A stretch of 64,000 nucleotides of DNA from Eledone cirrhosa (GCA_964016885.1 OZ024741.1:324446001-324510000); one strand, 5' to 3'; counted from the stretch's first letter, positions 42,570 through 57,357 are shown. The notes: generated by a model from the sequence alone, not told the origin. Program-made: numbers and translations.

Positions 42570-43234
42570 TCATGCCAGTTTTTACAAATCCATAATTAGA
42601 AATGTGGCGAATCGAATGACCAGAAGGTATAAAAATATTAATTCAAACTTATCATACCAACAAAAATACTTAGATATTTTGTATACCTGGGGCCCGACAG
42701 GGCCAGGTAATGTTAATCGCCAACATTGTTATCTGTTGTCCTTTTGTGAAAGTATTGGTGGTTCATGTCGGCTCTAATCATCTGAATCCTCGTCGCACCG
42801 TTGGCACTACAAAGCTGTGCAAAGTAATACAATAATTTTTGCCCAAGTATTTTTTATTAATCATTTATTTGTAAATTGAGGACAAAGTGCCCATTCGAGG
42901 CACAAAACCGGAAAAACAGGGGAAGAGTTTCTTTGCAAGGCTACAGAAAATAGTGGAAAAGCACCACTGTACACCCATTTTCTACAGTGGTGTCATTCCA
43001 CGTCCACGAAGTGTAATTGAAAATAAAAATGACTTGGGCAAGAGAAATTCTCGTTTGGAAAAGTTTAATTACTGCATGAAAGAAATGATTCAAAAATTGA
43101 ACTTGCCCAATCTTTACAACATTTAAAATTGATCAAAATTTGACAAATCTGACTTCAAACCAGATATGATTCATTTGAACAATGTTGGAAATCTTAAATT
43201 GACACACATTTTTGCCAATGTTTTTGCCACCTGA
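42570..43234 (+). pseudogene. SGNH/GDSL-type hydrolase (esterase) pseudogene
   Basis: Blocks in order across frames: (YK)SIIRNV, CIPGAR, VLVVHVGSNHL, IFYSGVIPRP, RLEKFN, FKPDMIHLNNVGNLKL. Two in-frame stops near 43126; AATAAA at 43272. Confidence 0.7.
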
Positions 43235-43605
43235 TCCTTGTTCTATGGCTGACTGACTAATTTTGTGACTTAATAAAATGTGATCATACTAGTAATGCAC
43301 AATGGTCATTTTTAAATTTAAATTTTATTAAATAGTTGTTGCTTGCATTGCCTTAAAATAGTAACAAGAATGTACACATACTTTTTAAAAATACATCATT
43401 ATCAGTCAAATCAGTCAAATGTCACTAAAAGCCAGGTGGTCGATTATTATTGTAAAATTTTTTATTTCTTGTCCAATTCTTTAAAGTTTTATCTTAGTTT
43501 CTTGTCCTATTCTTTTAAAGTTTTATTTTAGTTTCTTGTCCTGTATTTTTAAAGGTTTATATTCCAACAATATTACTTTTTTTTGCTGTACGCATTTTTC
43601 TATCT

Positions 43606-43647
<42 letters not shown>

Positions 43648-45529
43648 GATGTACATGTATGTGTAATTGTATATGTGTATGTGTATGTACATGTTTATGA
43701 TTTAGTATATGTGTATGTATATGTATATGTACATGCATATGTAAGTATATAAATGTAAGTATATGTAGTGGTATATGGACGTGTATGTGTATATGTGCAT
43801 GTGGAGCGCGAGAGAATCTTTGTAGGTCTTACTGGACCCACAACAGAAGATTTATCAGAGGACTTTATAATGGAAATTATTCGCATCAGTGACGCCGAAT
43901 CTATTGCGGAAATGGTGAAAACCTTCTTGTCTAAAATAATGGTAGTTTGGAATATATATCGGAAGTGAACGTTTTGAGTAACGGTGAATATATATATATG
44001 TAGGGGGAGAGAGAGAGGGAGAGAAAGAGGGCGGGGTGAGATTTTGTGTGTGGTGTGGTGTGTGTGTGTGTGACAGAGAGAGAGAGAGAGAGAGACAGAT
44101 AGAGAGAGGGGGGGGCAGACAAGCAGATAGATAGATAGATGAATAGGTATGTAGATATATGTATATATATTTATATATATTAGTAAGAGAAACAACTAAG
44201 TATATTATACACACACGCACGCGATCATACAGTGAGCATAAGTGTGACTGCGTGTGAGAGGGAGAAAGGGAGATAGTTGGATGACGGGTTTACTTTAATT
44301 TAATCACATCTTTTTGATACAGTTACGGAAAAACCACATAACCACTTGGGGATTATCAATTTATAGCACCAGACGAGTCAAATATGTTTACGATTGTCAT
44401 TCACGCTAGCAGTACCATCAAAATAGATGTTTTCAACGTAGAACTGTGTTGTTATTGTTACTGTTGTTATTGTTACTGTTGTTGTTGTTCTTTAATATCA
44501 GATTAGCTCTGATTGAGTAGAACTACGATCATAAACTTGTTAGGCGTAACCTTCCCATAAGAGACTCTATTTATTGACTAATAATGACTCTAGCTGTATT
44601 AACAATATGGAGGCAGGTTTTAATTAGTTGCTGCGTGTTGTTGTTGTTCTTGTTTTGTTGATGTTGTTAATATTGTTTCTTAACCCAAGAACGGGTCTGA
44701 TTAAGGAGACTTAATAGCACAGATGTCACAACCGTTAACTCATAATCGAGATTATCACGTTTTCAATATGCCTTTGTTTTCTTGTTTAATATAATAGATG
44801 GGAATGAATGAGATCTAGAATGTACAACGAAATGGAAGAAAAGTATCCATCTTTTTACAGAGATATACAATTACACATACACGGTAAGCTTCCGCACAAT
44901 TTCGTCTATCTAGAAGGTTCTTGATAAACTCGATTCTATGCCGATGTGCCAGGCAGTTAGAAGGAACCTGGAACAAAAGCTGTACTTCAAAATGGTGGTC
45001 ATTTTACTTGTGTATCTCACAGATCGGATTGATATAGCCAGTTGCCGTATATTTGTTATCAACCTTCAGACAGGCGTGTAACTCCATTTCGTAATTGATC
45101 GATACTATGAACTTTGTTGTTCCAACCATAATACCTGGTAATTATATTTAGGCTTTAATTCCAGTATGACACACGGGAATTTTAGTTAGGCATTTAAATA
45201 TTAGATGAAGTCAGAACTGATTTATCCGCTTATAATGTAAATCTTTTATTCGCTATGGTGATTTATAAATGTTTGTTCTGAAAATTGCCAGTGAGTATAA
45301 TATAACCTTTATTGTGCTATATCAGGGAACACTGCTGCGGACCTCCGTCAGGTTTTTCCGATTAAGGTTCAGCTCTTTGATCAATGGAACTGCCTATTCG
45401 TGAAATTACCACATAAGTGGCTGAGCATTCCACAAGCACGTATACTCTCTAAGTACTTTTCAGCGAAATTCAGCGTGATACATTGTGTGACAAGTCTGGC
45501 TCTTTGAATTACAAACAGATTATTTCTGG

Positions 45530-45660
45530 TAGGCTCTAGCCAATTTCACTCACAAGCCTTAAGTTGATGCGAGGCTCTAGTGAATGACACTTACCAAGAT
45601 TCCACGAAGTGGGATTAAATACAGGACCATATAATTGCAAAGCGGAATTCTCAACCAGTC
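45530..45660 (-). mobile_element. Second, degenerate tRNA-like SINE family (related copies ~44885-44980, 45770-45860, 53430-53560)
   Basis: Recurrent CTCACAAG..GAGGCT.TAGT.GAAGACAC..CCAAG..GTGGGA motif. Confidence 0.5.
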
Positions 45661-46565
45661 CCCTCCCACAGAAGACACTAGACCATCGCAATTTACCAGT
45701 TCTTTTTTTTATTATTTGATCAAATAGAGAAAGAGATGTGTATGAACTTTTTCAGGACTGTAACTGGTACCGCTCACAAAGCTCTGGTCGAGCTGAAGCT
45801 ACAGTAGAAGACAGTTTTCCAATATATCACCCAATGGACACGAACCCAAAACCAAATAGTAAAATTCTGAACTCCTTCCCTGTTCATGTTTTTTTTCTGT
45901 AATTGTTCATCGTTCTCACCTTCGACTGACGTGTGAAGGACATAGTCACAAGCCTTACTAAACCATTTGAATTATTTCGAAACAGTGTTGTATCTAAGAA
46001 AGACGTGACATTTTGTACACAAACCAACCAAATATTTTGAGGCAGTAAATTAAGCCGGATAAACGTCTTGCTTTCTAAAATATTAATATCCTTTAACCAA
46101 TGTGATATGATGAGTGTTTTTTTTTTTCTTTTTTGAATTATCATCATTATTGTGTAAAGCAACAAGATAAAATAAACATTAACAGAAGAACAGATAACAA
46201 GAGTAAAAAGAAAGCAACTAAGAAAGTAATCTGCTGAGAACAAAATCTACTTAACAGCTAGTAATAGTATTTTCTCATAATATCTGAAAAGTCTTTAAAA
46301 TCTCATACATTGTGTCAAACACCATTTCCTTTACATTCTAAAAAATAGGCGGATATTATGTTGACAACAAGACTTGACATTTTGCACTTTTAATCAAATG
46401 AAAACTATCAAGTGAATTCACTGCAGTACTGACGCTTCTAAAAATGGACAGAACATGAGACAAAATTGCAAATATTTCTAGCGGACATTTTGAAGAACCG
46501 CTTATTAAATAGACCCCACAAGACCGACCATTAGTATGCGTGTGTATGTGCGTGCGTGTGAGTGT

Positions 46566-46714
<149 letters not shown>

Positions 46715-46784
46715 AATATATATATATACACACATAAATATGCATACATACACACATATATATATATTCACCCACACGCATGTA

Positions 46785-46852
<68 letters not shown>

Positions 46853-46864
<12 letters not shown>

Positions 46865-47640
46865 TTATACAATTATCAAAGTTGTGTTCAAATCATTTAA
46901 TAGCTGACAATCGCTTCTTACAAACTCTCATTTGGAGTTATCGGAGTATTATCAATGTTTGCACACATATGTAATGGAAAGGTCCGGAAAAACTGTATGT
47001 TTCTCAACACATTAATTCGAACACCATCAACATTCAACATCCACCATAGAATGTAATACATTAACGTATTGGCTTCAACTGTAGTATTTATTCATCTATA
47101 TATATGCATAATAGCTTTGCTTGTCTCCTTCTCATGTATATGACTTACGCAGTCACACTATCCACACGCCTGCATATAATCTGTTATCGCACTCTTCCTT
47201 TCTCAAAACTGCTTCCTCAATGCCTCTTTAATATTTGGACTATTCCCTTGTTTTAACTGTTGCATGTAATCCACTCCGTGCTTTTGATTTTAATTTTAAT
47301 TTTGATTTGAATTTGAACTTGAATGTTTGTACAATTATTGTAGAATTCTCGTAAAATATATGTTACATCCATTCCACCCTGTAAATACGAAACTGTTGCT
47401 CACAACATCAATGTATATGTATCTATATTATTGTTCAGTTGAATAGGAGGGTAATTATATGTGCAAACATTGATAATGCTCCGATGATACCAAGCCAGAG
47501 TTTGGAAGAAACGATTGTCAGCTATTAAATGATTTGAAGACAACTTTGATAATTGTATAATTTATTTATTTAACTGCTCTGTAAAACAACTGATGTTCAT
47601 ACATTGAGCTACTTCTCTTACTGGTAATAAGGTAATTAAG
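46853..47640 (+). mobile_element. 5'-truncated PLE remnant with inverted pLTR (46853-46970 / 47457-47571)
   Basis: Inverted repeat containing a hammerhead motif; adjoins (TA)n. Confidence 0.7.
47477..47523 (+). ncRNA. Hammerhead motif with CCGAUGA core variant
   Basis: TGCT-CCGATGA-TACCAAGC..GTTTGGAA-GAAA-CGATTG-TC-AGCT, followed by ATTAAA. Confidence 0.65.
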
Positions 47641-47859
47641 AAATTACTTACCTTCCTGTTTATAGTTGTTTATACTATATACATAACTATAAATAGTATT
47701 ATTATTATATACATGAGTGTATGTGTGAATGTAGTTGTTTTTATATTTGAACGAAATAAGAAAGTTTTTCATTTTGTATAAGAAATCGCTTGTGTATAGC
47801 CAATATCTTTGGGATTTAATCTGGAAATAAATAAACAATAACAACAACAACAATAACAA

Positions 47860-48135
47860 TAATCATTTCCCTTCCCCTAAATTGTTGGCACAAGGCCAAC
47901 AATTTAGGGGAAGGGAAATTCGATTAAATCAAATCCAGTGTGTTACTGGTACTTTCTTTATTGGTCGCAAGGATCGACATGTTAGGAACAATACAAAAAC
48001 GGGAACAGTGGGGGTTTACATGGAATTGAGTAAAACAGATATAACAAAAAACAAATAACAATAAAATTATAACCATGACGGGGTGAATAACACATGGGTG
48101 ACTCAGAAACCACACCAATCCTAGACCAACATACT
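47860..48135 (-). mobile_element. SINE 3' fragment joined to a Tx1-like 3' UTR fragment
   Basis: GGCACAAGGCCAACAATT..CTGGTACTTT runs directly into CTTTATTGGTCGCAAGG, similar to 34516-34732. Confidence 0.55.
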
Positions 48136-48149
48136 CTCCAAGAGCACCC

Positions 48150-50241
48150 TATGAGGGCGCCCATCTCTTTTTCAAATGATCCAGCATGCCTGCGGAAGCT
48201 GGAGCTGTTGCAGGGCAACCTGTTCAACCGCGACGTGGAAGGCCTGTGATGGCATATATTTCGTGGAAGGCCTGTGACGGCATATATTTCGTGGAAGGCC
48301 TGCGACGGCATATGCGGACGGCATCGATATGATAGAGTCAACCAGCCCGGAAATGGAAATGGTCGACAACTTTTTAGGGGAATATAAAAGTTTGACGGGA
48401 GTAAAGATCGAAACGAAAAAGTCTGTGGCTTTACAGGTCGGCACCTGGAAAGGCAAATCCATGCCGTTCAACAGTGTCGTCGGATAATGGACGGACGGAC
48501 GAACTGGTGAAGTTAGTCGGAATCTGATTTGGTCCTGACCTCCAGGTGGATAGGAACTGGTATGAGGTAACAAGCAGGGTGGCGACACGTACCCAGAATT
48601 GGGCCTAGTGTAAGCTATCCTTGAAAGGTTGGGTGAAGGTGCGAATGCGTATATTGTCTTTGTTATCTATTACCACGAGGCCATCGTCCCCGACATCGGT
48701 TCTCGCGCCTCCTCTTCAAGGATAGCCATACGGCACACACCGAACAAGGATGCGGAATATCCGTGGTGTTGTCGAGAAACAAGCATATAGAAGTGATCGG
48801 TTCTACCCTAAGGCAGTGACAGGAGCGAAATTAAACCAGAAAAGGTCGGAGGGTTTTCAGGTCGGCACCTTGACAGGCACATCCTTGCCATTCAACGGCA
48901 TTGTCGGACACTAGATGGAGGGACCAGTTAAATTGCTTGGGGCTTGATTCAGTTCAGGCATCCAGATGAACAAAAACTGTGACAAGGTAACGAGCAAAGT
49001 AATCACTCTCTCCCAGAAATTGGCCAAGAGGAAGCTACCCCTGAAAGGTCGGTAGAGGTGGGGAATGCGTACATCGCATGCATCATCTACTTCAACGTGA
49101 CCATCGTACCTCGTCTCAGTCCTCGTCTGACGACACTGAAGCGCTGCTCGTTTGCTTTTTATAAAAGGCACGTGTTCTATTTGTCAGGTGATCCATTTGC
49201 TGTCAACTGCTGCTGCTTGGAGACTGGGTATGCCGTGGCTGATGATACGTTGACATGTGCTGAGGCTACGACCTCTTCAGCAATTCCTTGACGGTGAACA
49301 TGTGTGGACGCCGTTTGCTAGACGTGTTTTCTCTGTCTTCTCTTATTGACAGAGCTGCAGCCCTGGATCAAGCGAAGACCGAGGAGTTTTGAGAAACTGG
49401 AATGTCTTCAAGTACTCACAGTCCTTTGCAAATCGAGTAGTACGATCAGTGGAAAAACAACTTGTCACTCTATAAAGGGTTACTGACGGATAACAGCGAG
49501 GACTTTCTTACGGTGACTGGTCGTTGATAATGAACCAGCCACTATTTTCCGGAGAAATTCGGTCCAGGGTCGATGAATAACTTCCAGAAATCCCTGGTCT
49601 GGCAAAACTACCAGGGATCAGCGCCAGTTCGAGATCAACGCTATGTGACGTTAGCTGGGCTAGTTCGAGATGTGAGCTGGGCAACGAAACAATTATGCTT
49701 ACAATCGTCTGAGACCTGTTGACAAGTGGATCTATGTCAAAATCTGCTTTCATGTGTGGGTCAGATCCGGCTATCAGCTGAGTCCATCGTAAAAATATCC
49801 CCACCATCTTCTACCCGGGAAAGGCGTGTAGCTTTCATTTGCTTTGTGCCATGGTGAAAGGGGTAATGTGCTGGACGCACTTGAAAGTGTTGAAGAGAAG
49901 AACCTTCCTCTTCGGTGAAGCCCTGATTAATTTTTCAAGTTTAACTTCCAGTCAGTTTGTTGAATAGGGGCTGAGAGTGAAGAACATGGCTTGAGTGAAC
50001 GGGCCTGCTCTGAGTATGCAATTGTAGATTGTAGGAGCACGTGGCTTTTTGTGCGTTTTCTCCACGAGTGACTCTCGAAAAAGTCTCCCATTATGGAAGA
50101 CTTTTTTTGTTTCTATTTATTTCATGTTTGTTGCCTTTGTTTACATGTGTCCACCCACTTTGTACCATCCTGTACCACCATGTACCGTCTTTAATATTTT
50201 CTTGATTTGAGTCCTATGACATTAATATTAAAAAAATCCTC
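48150..50241 (+). mobile_element. Degenerate Tx1-like 3' half, RT segment present twice, (ATT)n tail
   Basis: AYAD..LQVGTWKGKSMPFNSVVG (48310-48700) is repeated in diverged form at 48750-49130. It continues to the ORF2 end and 3' UTR, then ATTATT at 50242-50264. Confidence 0.78.
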
Positions 50242-50663
50242 ATTATTATTATTATTATTATTATGTTACGGTTCGCGTGTGCAACACTTTAAATATACGC
50301 TACGTTTTGCTATGGAACGAAATCGAAGATAGCGACAAAATCAATATATTGTTTTACTGGCAACAAGTTTCCAGAAGAATTTGTAAAATTAATTATCTAA
50401 ATTGAATTTCACTGACTATTTTATTGTATCAGTATTTGTGTAAGACATTTAATAACTGCCGAGGTGAGTTACTATTTGTGGATTATATTTTCCCCGCTGG
50501 GAAAAATATTTGAATAATTAATTTTTGTTTGTCGGGAATGTATAAACATTAGATTTTTTTAATAATGACTACAGTTATAGCGGTGGAAGTAGATTTGTAC
50601 GATGAAAGCTGCAATGGTATTTTAAGGAAGGATGATAAAAGAAATATTGCAAATAATGGCAAT

Positions 50664-52390
50664 ATTTTTTTCTACTTTTAGCGCCATTATCCCAGTGCAT
50701 TACTGTTATTTTATTTTATCGACCCCGTAAGGATGAAAGGCAAAGTTAACCTCGGCGGAATTTGAACTGAGACAGTAAAGGGCCGTAACTATATGCTGAA
50801 AAGCATGGCCTCCGGCTCTCGATCAATACTGCCAATCCACCGCTCTAATAATTGTTTCTACTTTTGGCACAAGGCCAGCAATTATGCCAGTGCATTACTG
50901 GTACTTTATTGTATCGACATCATAAGGATGAAGGCAAAGTTAACCTCGGCGGGATTTGAACTCAGACCGTAAAGGGACGTAACTTTATGTTGGAAAGCAT
51001 AGTGTCCGATCCTCTACCGATAATGCCGATCCACCGCAATAATGTTGCATAATAATGTTGATAATACAGATAAGAAACGTTTACGGCAGAAATAATAATT
51101 GTTTCTAGCATAGGCATAAAGTCTGTCATTTTTTTTTTTGGGGGGGGGGGGTTCCTTCAATGACTTTACTGGTACTTTATCTTATCCATCTTAGAAAGAG
51201 GGAAGGGAAAGCTAACCATTGCGGTGTTTTGATTTAGAACATAAAAGCAGACTTGTCAACTCTCCCCGTCCAACGGAGAGATCTCCCACCCAGATTATGG
51301 TGGGTGAGAGATGTCTTCTTTTGTCAAAACGGGTATAGCTTTCATTATGTAAAATATCCCCATTTTACCTCACTTCTCCCCGTTTTGGGGCGCTATTTTT
51401 CATGGTACTACCCGTTTGGGTTTTTAGAGGTTGGCAGGTCTGTAAAGGACATAAATAATTACTACAAAACAATTTGTATGACGGTCTAACGGTTCCGCCA
51501 ATCCACCACCCTAAGAGCAGTAGTAATAATTCTTACTAATGTTGGTATAAGGCCAGCAATTTGAGGGATGGGGAATGTCAATTATATTGACCCCAGTATT
51601 TAACTGCCACTTTATTTTATCGACCGCGTAAGTTTGCCTCGGTGGGATTTGAACTCAGAACGTAGAAAGTCGTACCTAAAAATCGCAAAACATTTCATCC
51701 GACGCTCTATCGATACTGCTAACCTACCACCTGCAACAGCAGTAGTAATAATTGTTTCTACATTTGACACGAGATCAGCAATTTGAAGGAAAGTCGATTA
51801 AACCGACCTCAGAGCGTAATTGCTACTTTATTTTATCGACCCCGTAATGATAAAAGGCAAAGCTAACCTCAACGGGATTCAAACACAGAACATAAAGAGC
51901 CGTAACTATATGCCACAAAAAATGTTATTCGACGCTCTGCCGATAGTACAAATCCAATTCTATAACTACAAAAGTAACAATGGTTTCTGATTTAAGCACA
52001 AGGCTAGCAATTTTGTGCGAAGGGAAAGTCTATTAAGTCAACCCTAGTACCTAAATGGTACTTTACTTTATCGTCCCCGTTAAGATGACTGGCAAAGCTA
52101 ACTTCAGCTGCAGCTGAACTCAGAACGTAAAGGGGCGTAACTTTATGCCGCAAATCATCTTTTCCGACGCTTTATTGTTACTGCCTTAACTACAAAAGTA
52201 ATAATTGTTTCTACTTTAGGCACAAGGCCAGCAATTACCCAGTGCATTACTGGTACTTTATTTTATCGACCCCGTAAGGATGAAAGGCAAAGTCAACCTC
52301 GGCGGGATTTGAACTCAGATCGTAAAGAGACGTAACTATGCTGGAAAGCATGGCGTCCGACCCTCTACCGATACTGCCAATCCACCGCCC
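50664..52390 (-). repeat. Head-to-tail array of about seven tRNA-like SINEs
   Basis: Units at ~50664-50843, 50847-51037, 51095-51510, 51525-51730, 51747-51960, 51978-52185 and 52200-52390. An opposite-strand copy lies at 52423-52545. Confidence 0.85.
51248..51442. mobile_element. MITE inserted in a SINE unit
   Basis: 13-bp TIRs CAGACTTGTCAAC / GTTGGCAGGTCTG; the SINE sequence resumes after it. Confidence 0.65.
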
Positions 52391-53964
52391 TACAAAAGTA
52401 ACAAAAGTAATAATAACTACAGTGGTGGCAAGTTGGCAGGATTTCTTTTATATCTGTTCCGATTCTCTGCAATCCAAATTCAAATACCCTCGAGGTCAAC
52501 TTTGCCTTTCATGCATCTGTTGTCGAAAACTAAAGTACTGCTCCAGGGGTGGCGATATGGTGGAATTGTTAAAAAGACACACAAGATGTTTTACATTATC
52601 TGCTCCGTCTCAGTTCGTTCTATATTGAAATATAGTTTCGATGCTCCAATCTGACGACCGTCTTCTTGTTTTACCGGAAAGACTCTTAATAACAATATTA
52701 ATGATGGTTTCCAACTTAGACACAAGTTTGGACTGAAGAGAGAGGTGATTATTTCAAACACGGAAGGATGAAAGTTAAAGTAATAATAACAATATTATCA
52801 ATAAGTACAATAACATTAAAGGCAACCCCATCATCACCACCACCATGGCCCATCGAATGAACATTTGCGTAGTCGTCTGAATAAAAGAAGGGTTCATGGA
52901 TTAAAGTAGCTTTAAATATCTGACGGAATAGTCACTTTGAGCATCTGTCTACTAGATGAAGGATACACACGTACGAAACCCTCACAACGACATCAACAAT
53001 GAGGGATACAACATCTGATTACATATTCTGTTAAAAAATAACAGCTAAAGCTCTCTTAATTTACATTCTGTGGTCTTAAAAATAGGAAGGAGACAATGGA
53101 TCATGTAGTTCTCGATACAATGTATCTGAATATAATCGGTGGCTATGGCTGAATGCCTTTCATCATAGGTCTGTCCAATAACATCTGACTCGCTGCTAAA
53201 CAAGGAAGCTATATACAGCGGGTTTGACACTTTTGTGATAGCAGCCTATCGGCAGGCAACTGAATTTAATTGTTCTTCTCTGGCAATCTAGTTTAGAGTA
53301 ACAACCAATCAAAAACACTCGAATCGTATATGTTATCATGCAATCCGTTAATTAGCCCATAAATAAATTGAGTAATCAACTTATCAATATACTAATTATC
53401 TGATGGTTTGCCACAGAGTGTCCGCCTACTGAAATCTCACCCACCAGGTTTCGGTTGAATCGCTGTTATGATACAAAACCCTTTGCAACAGCATAAGGCG
53501 GTCGGACCTAATACGAAGCTACGTAGTTACGAAACGAAAGCCTCAATCTGTCAGCCAATATCTACGTCTTAAATCTTGATTCATTGAACATGAAATCGTA
53601 GTGAATTGACTTTATCCTCAAGTTGATATCAAATTGTCTTTTGTGGCGCAAGACACGGAGCAGGACCATGTTATTCATATAGCTGACCCAGAACCAGAGG
53701 CCTGTCATTTTTTCATTTTTTTGCCAGTACTGCGGAGAAAGTTCAAAGTGCTTGACTGAACCCCAAAATAGCGGGAAGCCTAATCCCTAACAACCTTACC
53801 ATGGTTGATACGAGTCATTTACTCCCAATCATTAAACATTTGACGTTCTACATGAAGTTTTATTTTTCAAAAGAGAAGCAATAAATCCTAAAGGTCGAAT
53901 GAAGAGAAGCAGGCAAGGAGAGAGCGGGGGGCAGACAGACAGAAACAGTGATAGGTAGATAAAT

Positions 53965-54060
<96 letters not shown>

Positions 54061-54567
54061 AGAGAGATGCTCTATCCACAGCAGTCATGTATATATCCAT
54101 ACAGTGTTTTTATATAAAAAGAAATATTTTTCATTTGTTTTCTTTTTCTCGTCTACTGTTCCTACCTTCCTAACCCTCATTAGGGTCTCAATGATGTGAT
54201 CTAGGAGCGGGAATCTAATTAGAAATATTCTCTCACTAACATCAAAATTATATTTTACCAAAGAATTCAAGTTAGTAATATCTAGGCGTTAAATATAAAA
54301 CATATGATGGACATGTGCCAATGTTCGAAATCAAATATAAAACATATTTTCAAAACTGAAATCGTTCAATAACTATATATTTTACTGCACTATCTTTCAT
54401 AAATATCTAAACATCGCCATATTCCCATTACGTTGGAATACTATACTATTGATTGAAAATTTTTATTAGTTTACACATATATTTATATATTTAGAAATAT
54501 ATATATGTTTGCATATGTATACGTATATGTGCATATATATATATGTATATATATAATACATTTATAA

Positions 54568-54616
<49 letters not shown>

Positions 54617-55495
54617 AAGAGAGAGAGAGAGAGGACTTCTACTTCTATTTTATCTTTTCAGTTAGAATATAGGATTTTGTTTTATATCATTTAATTTTGA
54701 AATGCCATACATACATACAAACATACATACATACAAGCAAACATACAGACATACATACATGCATACACATAAACATACACACATACAAACTACTACAATT
54801 ATATATAGACCGATGTGATAACATATCCAGTTATCGATACATGACTGACATAAAGGCGCCAGGAATATATATTTTAGAGATTTTTTCTTAATATTCAAAT
54901 ATTAATCTATTCCCAACATCACATTTTAAAAATGCTATATTCGCTATATATAAATATATATATAGCTTAGTAAAATCGATGCTTTGGATGTGGGCAAGCA
55001 AAGTCGACCTGCAATAGGAATGAGTTAACAAAGCACTCAATAAGGGTAGGTCCTTAGAGTAATAAGATACGTTTAAATAGCTTGACAAATTGAACATTGC
55101 GGTAGGCAATGTTCAACACCCAGCGCATCAGCAAGGAATCTTACTTCATTAACAAATACGGACCCCGTCTAAACACTTCTCCCTAAGACGAACCCACAAC
55201 ATACACACGTCAACATACATACCTACATCAGCACACATCTCTACCCACATATAAACACAATGACACACGTAAACACACATGCTCTATGGTGCAATACAAA
55301 AAAATATATGTGCATATATATGTATGTATATATGTATATATATATGTAGTGAATATATGTATGTGTATATATATATAGTGAATATCATTTCACACCTTTT
55401 ATTGTTAAGATTTTTGATGTTCTATTAAGAGAACCGATTTTACTGAAAAAATCGAATAATGTACACCATTTTACCAGGGGGAAAAACATACTGGT

Positions 55496-55538
<43 letters not shown>

Positions 55539-55649
55539 CACAAACACATACACACGCGTACATCAACATACAAAGAGACTTATATATATACACACACACA
55601 CACACGCACGCACTTCTCCGTATAAGACAAAAGCTGAAAAATATCTGTT

Positions 55650-55724
55650 GACATGCTAAAATACCCCCCCATTGCTTTCAGACACATTCTTACTGACCAT
55701 CCCTGCCACCACGAATCACTCTGC

Positions 55725-55819
<95 letters not shown>

Positions 55820-55910
55820 CACACACACTTATCTTTTGACATGATAAAATACCCCCCATTGCTTTCAGACACATTCTTACTGACCATCCCTGCCACCACG
55901 AATCACTCTG

Positions 55911-55952
<42 letters not shown>

Positions 55953-56040
55953 ATCTTAATAGCCATTTGACACGCATCGCTGCTGGCCATTGTCGCAGCA
56001 TCGAACACCTTACTACTACTACTACACACACACACACACA

Positions 56041-56078
<38 letters not shown>

Positions 56079-56365
56079 CACACACACACACATACACACA
56101 CACACACATATTTGTTGTGAAAGAGTCATTTCTCAATCTTGGCGCAAAACCAATTTTTTATTCACATGACCTCTACCGACCAATCAAAATTGTTTTGACC
56201 AAGAAATTTTGCTGGAGCCACTTTTTTAACATAAAAACAGTCTTGGCGCAAAATCAACTTTTTACATTCACATGACCTCTACCGACCAATCAAAATTGTT
56301 TTGACCACAAGAATTTTTGCAACACAAAAATAACGCTGGAGCCACTTTTTTAACATAAAAACAGG
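55650..56365. repeat. Two local tandem duplications (55650-55950 around CA tracts; 56137-56365)
   Basis: GACATG.TAAAATACCCCCCATTGCTTTCAGAC occurs twice; TCTTGGCGCAAAA..CACATGACCTCTACCGACC occurs twice. Confidence 0.8.
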
Positions 56366-56610
56366 TAGAATTCCCAAAACTAATCAGATCAGAGCAAACA
56401 GCACGGACACTCTATCTCAAAATTATTTTTGAAAAGCATTTAGAAATGCGCAACCGGTAAAAACTTAAAAACTTAAAACCACAACTGAATACTAACCCAT
56501 ACAATCACTAATACTCTTTTATTCCTAATTAAACCATTTTTCAACTGTGAACAATTTGTCAGCATTTTCTATTCCGTTTACCAATATATATATATATATA
56601 ATATATATAT

Positions 56611-56727
56611 ATAGGAAAAAGTATGACCCCGACGGCAGAGCTCAAGCCGTTTCGACGGTTATTTCTGGACTGAAATAGCCGTCGAAACGGCTTGAGCTCT
56701 GTCGTCGGGGGTCATACGTTTTCCTAT
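56611..56727. repeat. ~117-bp foldback, probably an inverted PLE-type terminus
   Basis: ATAGGAAAA..GACCCCGACGGCAGAGCTCAAGCCGTTTCGACGG and its reverse complement. A related half copy is at 4285-4330. In (TA)n. Confidence 0.65.
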
Positions 56728-56803
56728 TTCCCACTCTACTACCCTAAGTATTGAGTACTCTGGTGCGTTATGGTCCATCTGGTTCCTTACCACAATCCCT
56801 TTG

Positions 56804-56874
<71 letters not shown>

Positions 56875-56876
56875 CG

Positions 56877-57007
<131 letters not shown>

Positions 57008-57008
57008 G

Positions 57009-57066
<58 letters not shown>

Positions 57067-57067
57067 T

Positions 57068-57106
<39 letters not shown>

Positions 57107-57357
57107 GAAGGTAAATAGAAGTAGATTATGCATACATTCATATATATGTGTGTATGTGTGCATACAAATGTCAAGATTTGGCGCGCATTTTAAGATAAAT
57201 CTAATTAAATTACGTAATCAGTCAAACATCAAAATATACTTGAAAGACGCTAAAATATAATATGCATATCATAGTCTATATTTTGATATCTAAACATTTC
57301 AGGCATTACATTCGCAATCATCAACATTGCCTGATAATCATACATGTCTAATTTATT

